From the IMG/VR virus record IMGVR_UViG_2585427772_000010: a stretch of DNA of 23,516 bases; one strand, 5' to 3'. The DNA is from a virus. Lineage: Duplodnaviria; Heunggongvirae; Uroviricota; Caudoviricetes. Under the pieces are notes generated by a model. The model did not search any database and was not told the DNA's origin. It saw only the letters and a program-made list of their open reading frames with translations. Made by a program: the position numbers and the translations under genes. Shown in pieces: positions 17,490 to 23,516 of this stretch (positions are counted from its first letter, which is position 1; each line of letters starts with the position of its first letter).

Positions 17490-19535
17490 ATGAGCATAAA
17501 ATTCAGAACCGTTATCACCACTGCCGGTGCAGCAAAGCTGGCAGCGGCAACCGCGCCGGGAGGGCGGAAGGTCAACATTACCACGATGGCCGTCGGGGAT
17601 GGCGGTGGTAAATTGCCTGTCCCGGATGCCGGACAGACCGGGCTTATCCATGAAGTCTGGCGACATGCGCTGAACAAAATCAGCCAGGACAAACGAAACA
17701 GTAATTATATTATCGCCGAGCTGGTTATTCCGCCGGAGGTGGGCGGTTTCTGGATGCGTGAGCTTGGCCTGTACGATGATGCGGGAACATTAATTGCCGT
17801 GGCGAACATGGCCGAAAGTTATAAGCCAGCTCTTGCCGAAGGCTCAGGGCGTTCGCAGACCTGTCGCATGGTCATCATCGTCAGCAGTGTGGCCTCAGTG
17901 GAGCTGACCATTGACACCACAACGGTGATGGCGACTCAGGATTACGTTGATGACAAAATTGCAGAGCATGAACAGTCACGACGTCACCAGGACGCCTCGC
18001 TGACCGCAAAAGGTTTTACTCAGTTAAGCAATGCGACCAACAGCACGTCTGAAACACTGGCCGCAACGCCGAAAGCGGTTAAGGCCGCATATGACCTTGC
18101 TAACGGGAAATATACCGCACAGGACGCTACCACAGCGCGAAAAGGTCTTGTCCAGCTAAGTAGTGCGACCAACAGCATATCTGAAACGCTCGCCGCAACA
18201 CCAAAAGCCGTTAAGACGGTAATGGATGAAACGAACAAGAAAGCGCCATTAAACAGCCCTGCACTGACCGGAACGCCAACGACGCCAACTGCGCGACAGG
18301 GAACGAATAATACTCAGATCGCAAACACGGCTTTCGTTATGGCCGCGATTGCCGCCCTTGTAGACTCGTCGCCTGACGCACTGAATACGCTGAACGAGCT
18401 GGCGGCGGCGCTGGGCAATGACCCGAATTTTGCTACCACCATGACTAATGCGCTTGCGGGTAAGCAACCGAAAGATGCCACTTTGACGGCGCTGGCGGGG
18501 CTTGCTACTGCGGCAGACAGGTTTCCGTATTTTACGGGGAATGATGTTGCCAGCCTGGCGACCCTGACAAAAGTCGGGCGGGATATTCTGGCTAAATCGA
18601 CCGTTGCCGCTGTTATCGAATATCTCGGTTTACAGGAAACGGTAAACCGAGCCGGGAACGCCGTGCAAAAAAATGGCGATACTTTGTCCGGCGGGCTTAC
18701 TTTTGAAAACGACTCAATCCTTGCCTGGATTCGAAATACTGACTGGGCGAAGATTGGATTTAAAAATGATGCCGATGGTGACACTGATTCATATATGTGG
18801 TTTGAAACAGGTGACAACGGCAATGAATATTTCAAATGGAGAAGTCGCCAGAGCACCACAACAAAAGACCTGATGAATCTTAAATGGGATGCTCTGTATG
18901 TTCTTGTTAAAGCCCTTTTCAGCAGTGAAGTAAAAATATCTACAGTCAATGCACTGAGGATATTTAATTCATCTTTTGGGGCTATTTTTCGCCGTTCTGA
19001 AGAAAACCTGTATATCATTCCTACACGAGAAAATGAGGGTGAAAATGGAGATATTGGGCCATTAAGGCCATTCGGCATCAACTTAAGAACAGGAGTTGTG
19101 TCTGTTGGTAATGGTGCCAGGATTGATGGCGGGCTGGCACTTGGCACGAATAACGCGTTGGGTGGGAACTCTATTGTTCTTGGTGATAACGACACCGGAT
19201 TTAAACAAAATGGCGATGGTAATCTGGATGTTTATGCTAATAACGTCCATGTTATGCGCTTTGTTTCCGGAAGCATTCAAAGTAATAAGACCATAAATAT
19301 TACGGGGCGTGTTAATCCCTCGGATTACGGTAACTTTGATTCCCGCTATGTGAGAGATATCAGACTTGGCACACGTGTTGTCCAGACCATGCAGAAAGGG
19401 GTGATGTATGAGAAAGCAGGGCACGTAATTACCGGGCTTGGTATTGTCGGTGAAGTCGATGGTGATGACCCCGCAGTATTCAGGCCAATACAAAAATACA
19501 TCAATGGCACATGGTATAACGTCGCACAGGTGTAA
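17490..19535 (+). CDS. H: Tail fibre protein H
   Basis: 681-aa ORF with conserved N-terminal baseplate-attachment region, internal fibre repeats (SNATNSTSETLAATPKAVKA / SSATNSISETLAATPKAVKT) and a distinct C-terminal receptor-binding portion. Confidence 0.9.
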   Translation: MSIKFRTVITTAGAAKLAAATAPGGRKVNITTMAVGDGGGKLPVPDAGQTGLIHEVWRHALNKISQDKRNSNYIIAELVIPPEVGGFWMRELGLYDDAGTLIAVANMAESYKPALAEGSGRSQTCRMVIIVSSVASVELTIDTTTVMATQDYVDDKIAEHEQSRRHQDASLTAKGFTQLSNATNSTSETLAATPKAVKAAYDLANGKYTAQDATTARKGLVQLSSATNSISETLAATPKAVKTVMDETNKKAPLNSPALTGTPTTPTARQGTNNTQIANTAFVMAAIAALVDSSPDALNTLNELAAALGNDPNFATTMTNALAGKQPKDATLTALAGLATAADRFPYFTGNDVASLATLTKVGRDILAKSTVAAVIEYLGLQETVNRAGNAVQKNGDTLSGGLTFENDSILAWIRNTDWAKIGFKNDADGDTDSYMWFETGDNGNEYFKWRSRQSTTTKDLMNLKWDALYVLVKALFSSEVKISTVNALRIFNSSFGAIFRRSEENLYIIPTRENEGENGDIGPLRPFGINLRTGVVSVGNGARIDGGLALGTNNALGGNSIVLGDNDTGFKQNGDGNLDVYANNVHVMRFVSGSIQSNKTINITGRVNPSDYGNFDSRYVRDIRLGTRVVQTMQKGVMYEKAGHVITGLGIVGEVDGDDPAVFRPIQKYINGTWYNVAQV

Positions 19536-19538
19536 TTT

Positions 19539-20066
19539 ATGCAGCATTTAAAAAATATTACTGCGGGTAATCCAAAAACTGTTGCCCAATATCAACTGAC
19601 AAAAAATTTTGATGTTATCTGGTTATGGTCCGAAGAGGGAAAAAACTGGTATGAGGAAGTAAGTAATTTTCAGGAAGACACGATAAAGATTGTTTACGAC
19701 GAGAATAATATAATTGTCGGCATCACCAGAGATGCTTCAACGCTTAACCCTGAAGGTTTCAGCGTTGTCGAGGTTCCTGATATTACCTCCAACCGACGTG
19801 CTGATGACTCAGGTAAATGGATGTTTAAGGATGGTGCCGTGATTAAGCGGATTTATACGGCAGATGAACAGGAGCAACAGGCAGAATCACAAAAAGCAGC
19901 TTTACTTTCCGAAGCGGAAAGCGTTATTCAGCCACTGGAACGCGCTGTCAGGCTGAATATGGCGACGGATGAGGAATGCGCACGACTGGAGTCATGGGAA
20001 CGCTACAGCGTTCTGATCAGCCGTGTGGATCCTGCAAATCCTGAATGGCCGGAAATGCCGCAATAA
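19539..20066 (+). CDS. G: Tail fibre assembly chaperone G
   Basis: 175-aa ORF immediately after H, same length and position as P2 G. Confidence 0.85.
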   Translation: MQHLKNITAGNPKTVAQYQLTKNFDVIWLWSEEGKNWYEEVSNFQEDTIKIVYDENNIIVGITRDASTLNPEGFSVVEVPDITSNRRADDSGKWMFKDGAVIKRIYTADEQEQQAESQKAALLSEAESVIQPLERAVRLNMATDEECARLESWERYSVLISRVDPANPEWPEMPQ

Positions 20067-20287
20067 GTTGTATAAGCTCTGGTGTGAGATTACATATCTA
20101 TGGCACAGAGTAAAGCCTAATCTGACAGGCCGCTCTGTGTCTGGAGTAGATTTTAGTAAAGCATTATTTTATTAGTGCAAATTCTAATCAATACATTTTA
20201 TGTATATGATATCCTACGGACTTTAATGACTTGGTTTAGGCTAACCAGATAACACTGAAGGAATATTTTTGATAATTAAGGTGCGGT

Positions 20288-20881
20288 ATGTTTACTAAGC
20301 GACGATTAAAAAATATTAACTGGGAGGCAAGTTCAGTGATTCTTGCTATGGTTCTCTTTGTTGGAAATATATTTTATACAAATCATCGTGATGATATAAG
20401 CATGGAGGCTGAGAGGGACAGTATCAGAACAATGTTTGCATATGAAATCGCTAATAACCATCGCGCTCTCACTTTTCTTGATAAAACGAGACATATTGGC
20501 TTTGACGAAAATTCGGAGCATTTTGTTGGCGAGCCTTTTGCCATTAATGTCAAATCATTAGGGGGACCTCGCTTACAGATTGCATTAAACCAGACTGATA
20601 AAGTGTTTAAATCCTACTTCGGCGAATTAAGTAAGCTTGATAAAGAGGATGTTACTCTTCTTATGGACTATTACCATGAGCAAAGCATCCTGCTGGAGCG
20701 TGTAAAATCTACGTTACAGAAGATGAAAAGTGGTAATGATATTAAAGTTGATATTGATGGTTGCTTATTAGAAGAACACTTCATGAATGAGCTTAATCTT
20801 TCTAATATTTTGCTTAAACGCTATAGCTATTTATTATCACAACACGCTAAGGAACATAAAACAAAAGATTTACATAATTGA
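20288..20881 (+). CDS. AT-rich membrane-anchored protein at the Z/fun position
   Basis: 197-aa ORF; AAGGTG 5 nt upstream of the ATG; single N-terminal TM helix (SSVILAMVLFVGNIFY); flanked by AT-rich intergenic DNA between G and the FI remnant. Confidence 0.65.
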   Translation: MFTKRRLKNINWEASSVILAMVLFVGNIFYTNHRDDISMEAERDSIRTMFAYEIANNHRALTFLDKTRHIGFDENSEHFVGEPFAINVKSLGGPRLQIALNQTDKVFKSYFGELSKLDKEDVTLLMDYYHEQSILLERVKSTLQKMKSGNDIKVDIDGCLLEEHFMNELNLSNILLKRYSYLLSQHAKEHKTKDLHN

Positions 20882-21090
20882 TAATCTGCTAATGGTTATT
20901 CATGGGGTAACTATGTTTTATATGTAATCCAGCCCAGATGAATTATTGATTCTGGATAATAACCGCAGAGCGGCATATACCCTGACAGGCAAATGTCCGC
21001 TTCTTGCTCAAAGCAGACTGTCAGATTTGATAACTTTTGGGCTATGTAAACTGTCAGTCGGAAAATGAGTGTGTACAAATCAGGACAGGC

Positions 21091-21127
21091 GGGGGGAATT
21101 GCCCCCTTTTTTTTTTTTTTTTTTTTT
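21091..21127 (+). terminator. Strong rho-independent terminator with a 21-T tract
   Basis: GGGGG-AATTG-CCCCC hairpin (21092-21106) followed by 21 consecutive T (21107-21127). Confidence 0.7.
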
Positions 21128-21212
21128 CATCCACTGACCAGCCAGGTCAAATAGCGTCTCATGTACTACCCAACGGAAAATAGTTGCACCCATTAACCAC
21201 GGAGTTAAACGG
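21128..21212 (+). promoter_or_regulatory. Candidate late promoter upstream of FI (P_F)
   Basis: Dyad TGACCAGCCAGGTCA about 65-75 bp upstream of the FI ATG; GGAG 9 nt before the ATG; P2 has a late promoter here. Confidence 0.3.
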
Positions 21213-21326
21213 ATGAGTGACTATCATCACGGCGTGCAGGTGCTGGAGATTAACGACGGCACCCGCGTCATTTCCACCGTATCCACAGCCATTGTCGGCA
21301 TGGTCTGCACGGCTAGCCTCCCGTAA
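21213..21326 (+). pseudogene. FI: Tail sheath FI, 5' stub (37 codons then stop)
   Basis: [35 protein letters not shown] matches the start of the P2 sheath protein as I recall it, then leaves frame and hits TAA at 21324-21326. Confidence 0.7.
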
Positions 21327-22077
21327 CAGGCTGGAAGCCAGTGTCGCTCCGTCACTGGCCGGAATTAAAATCCCGCACATCGACCAGTCGCAGGAGTCCG
21401 ATGCGAAATTCCTGACCCGTCTTGCTGAACGCAACGGCGGTGAGGTGTCGGTAAAAATGGGAAAACTGCTGTTTCTCAAAGCGGGGCAGGGGGGGACGGT
21501 CAGCGGTAAAAAAATCCCGCAGATTACCATCACCCGCAGCGACGGCGACCGTCATCATTTTGCGATTGCTGACCGTGGAGCCTACACAGGCGTAACGGCA
21601 AAGTGGTTACACACCAAAGACCCGAAGCCGCAAAAGCAGAAGGTAAAACTGAAACGCAAAAAGAAAGAGAAACACCTGCGCGCACTGGAGCACCCGAAAG
21701 CGAAACCGGTCACGCAGAAGAAAGAGCCAAAAGTACCGGAAGCGCGCGAAGGTGAATACATGGCCGGTGAGGCTGACAACGTTTTTGCCCTGACCACGGT
21801 ATATGCCACGAAAGCACAGGCCATGCGCGCCGCTCAGGCGAAGTGGGATAAACTGCAACGGGGTGTTGCGGAGTTCTCCATCAGCCTGGCTACTGGTCGG
21901 GCAGATATTTACACGGAAACGCCGGTCAGAGTGTCAGGCTTTAAGCGCGTCATAGACGAGCAGGACTGGACAATCACTAAGGTGACACATTTTCTGAATA
22001 ATAGCGGCTTCACGACGTCCCTGGAGCTTGAGGTCAGGCTTTCTGATGTGGAGTACGAAACAGAAGATGATGAGTGA
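21318..22077 (+). pseudogene. D: Tail protein D, 3' fragment (about 250 codons) fused to the FI stub
   Basis: Frame of track ORF 21217-22077 encodes a lysine-rich linker and C-terminal region ending ...LELEVRLSDVEYETEDDE, directly upstream of ogr as in P2; no native start or N-terminal part. Confidence 0.75.
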
Positions 22078-22158
22078 TGTAATTTATTTATCTGTTTGTT
22101 TTATAAGGATAAATTAACTAAAATGGCACCATCAACAAAACCGGAAGAGGTGCTCGCG

Positions 22159-22377
22159 ATGTTTCATTGTCCTTTATGCCAGCATGCCGCACATGCGCGT
22201 ACAAGCCGCTATATCACTGACACGACAAAAGAGCGTTATCACCAGTGTCAGAACGTGAATTGCAGCGCCACGTTCATCACTTATGAGTCGGTACAGCGAT
22301 ACATCGTGAAGCCGGGAGAAGTCCATGCCGTAAGGCCGCACCCGTTGCCGTCAGGACAGCAAATTATGTGGATGTAA
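22159..22377 (+). CDS. ogr: Late gene activator Ogr (zinc-finger)
   Basis: Start at internal ATG 22159 (MFHCPLCQHAAHARTSRY...); 72 aa with CxxC...CxxxxC zinc-binding pattern; last phage gene as in P2. Confidence 0.85.
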   Translation: MFHCPLCQHAAHARTSRYITDTTKERYHQCQNVNCSATFITYESVQRYIVKPGEVHAVRPHPLPSGQQIMWM

Positions 22378-22387
22378 TCACAAAAAT

Positions 22388-22415
22388 AGCCCCTCAGTTG
22401 AGGGGCTTTATTTAT
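22388..22415 (+). terminator. Terminator-like hairpin after ogr
   Basis: AGCCCCTC-AGTT-GAGGGGCT followed by TTTATTTAT. Confidence 0.55.
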
Positions 22416-22505
22416 GGTCGATGTGGACGCTATGTGGACAGCGTTTGATATAAATCCATTTATATCATCAGGTTAGGTGCTTTTTTGTGACACCATCCCT
22501 GTCTT

Positions 22506-22532
22506 CCCCCACATGATGTGGGGGTTTTTTTT
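22506..22532 (+). terminator. Rho-independent terminator hairpin in the phage-host junction region
   Basis: CCCCCACA-TGA-TGTGGGGG followed by 8 T. Confidence 0.5.
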
Positions 22533-22613
22533 ATCCTCAATTTGCCTGCTGCTTAATGCATTGCAGATGATTTGCTTCCGTTATACTACCGTCAGTTGAT
22601 AGCGGGAGTATTT

Positions 22614-23516
22614 ATGAATCAATCTTATGGACGGCTGGTCAGTCGGGCGGCGATTGCTGCGACGGCGATGGCTTCGCTGCTATTGCTGATTAAAATTTTT
22701 GCATGGTGGTATACCGGGTCGGTGAGTATTCTCGCCGCGCTGGTGGATTCGCTGGTGGATATCGGCGCGTCGTTGACGAATTTACTGGTGGTGCGATATT
22801 CCCTGCAACCTGCCGACGATAATCACTCGTTTGGTCACGGTAAAGCTGAGTCCCTCGCGGCGCTGGCGCAAAGTATGTTTATCTCCGGTTCGGCACTATT
22901 CCTGTTTTTGACGGGTATTCAACATCTGGTATCTCCAACACCGATGACAGATCCAGGCGTCGGGGTTATCGTGACAATTGTGGCGCTAATTTGTACGATT
23001 ATCCTTGTCTCGTTTCAGCGTTGGGTGGTGCGCCGGACGCAAAGCCAGGCGGTGCGGGCTGATATGCTACATTACCAGTCTGATGTTATGATGAACGGCG
23101 CAATTCTGCTGGCGCTGGGGTTGTCCTGGTACGGCTGGCATCGCGCCGATGCTCTGTTTGCATTGGGGATCGGCATCTATATTTTATATAGCGCGTTACG
23201 CATGGGATATGAGGCGGTACAGTCATTACTGGATCGCGCATTGCCTGATGAGGAACGGCAAGAAATTATTGATATCGTGACTTCCTGGCCGGGTGTTAGC
23301 GGCGCTCACGATCTTCGCACGCGGCAGTCAGGGCCGACCCGCTTTATTCAGATTCATTTGGAAATGGAAGACTCTCTGCCTTTGGTTCAGGCACATATGG
23401 TGGCGGATCAGGTAGAGCAGGCTATTTTACGGCGTTTTCCGGGATCGGATGTGATTATCCATCAGGACCCCTGTTCCGTCGTACCCAGGGAGGGTAAACG
23501 GTCTATGCTTTCATAA
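22614..23516 (+). CDS. fieF: Cation-diffusion-facilitator iron/zinc efflux transporter FieF (YiiP), host gene
   Basis: Start at internal ATG 22614 ([29 protein letters not shown]...); 300 aa; sequence as I recall it for E. coli FieF; higher GC, multi-TM transporter plus C-terminal cytoplasmic domain. Confidence 0.85.
   Translation: MNQSYGRLVSRAAIAATAMASLLLLIKIFAWWYTGSVSILAALVDSLVDIGASLTNLLVVRYSLQPADDNHSFGHGKAESLAALAQSMFISGSALFLFLTGIQHLVSPTPMTDPGVGVIVTIVALICTIILVSFQRWVVRRTQSQAVRADMLHYQSDVMMNGAILLALGLSWYGWHRADALFALGIGIYILYSALRMGYEAVQSLLDRALPDEERQEIIDIVTSWPGVSGAHDLRTRQSGPTRFIQIHLEMEDSLPLVQAHMVADQVEQAILRRFPGSDVIIHQDPCSVVPREGKRSMLS

Larger units (their letters stand above)
1..22420. mobile_element. 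P2-family prophage, defective (two internal deletions); left end cut by the window at the int stop codon, right boundary (attR) not resolved
   Basis: Gene order and protein identities follow the P2 map (int-C-cox-B-A-cos-Q-P...K-lysABC-R-S-V-W-J-I-H-G-FI...D-ogr); host fieF follows from 22614. Confidence 0.85.

Noticed and set aside
18314-19195. 293-aa minus-strand ORF inside tail fibre gene H
   Set aside because: Antisense to a long, clearly coding gene with recognisable fibre repeats; no start signals.
21582-21858. Two minus-strand ORFs of about 80 aa within the D fragment
   Set aside because: Antisense to sequence matching the D C-terminal region; phenylalanine- and cysteine-rich low-complexity translations typical of the reverse strand of lysine-rich coding DNA.
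22416-22560. Attempt to assign a P2 attachment core
   Set aside because: I could not find the core sequence I associate with P2, and the left junction is outside the window, so no att site is reported.

Overview
The window is almost entirely one P2-family (Peduovirus-like) prophage from an enterobacterial host, running from the stop codon of its integrase (position 1) to host fieF at the right edge. Gene order is int, C, cox, B, orf80-83, A, then a roughly 4.1 kb AT-rich cargo island at the position P2 uses for tin/old, then cos, portal Q, lysis genes, tail completion R/S, an antisense AT-rich gene at the orf30 position, baseplate V-W-J-I, tail fibre H-G, another AT-rich gene at the Z/fun position, and ogr. 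The prophage is defective. One deletion scar (about 11790-11800) joins a 3' fragment of terminase P to a 5'-truncated endolysin K, removing the capsid, small terminase and holin genes. A second scar (about 21318) joins a 37-codon stub of sheath gene FI to the 3' part of D, removing sheath, tube and tape-measure genes. The best candidate for an undescribed system is the cargo island. It holds an operon of two small membrane proteins followed by a TIR-like protein (6108-8247), which matches my unverified recollection of a 2TM/1TM/TIR defence system reported from P2 hotspots. It also holds a tightly coupled lipoprotein plus 305-aa membrane-anchored protein pair (8792-9918) that I do not recognise. 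All calls rest on reading the ORF translations and the DNA by eye; no searches or computations were run, and composition statements are visual impressions.
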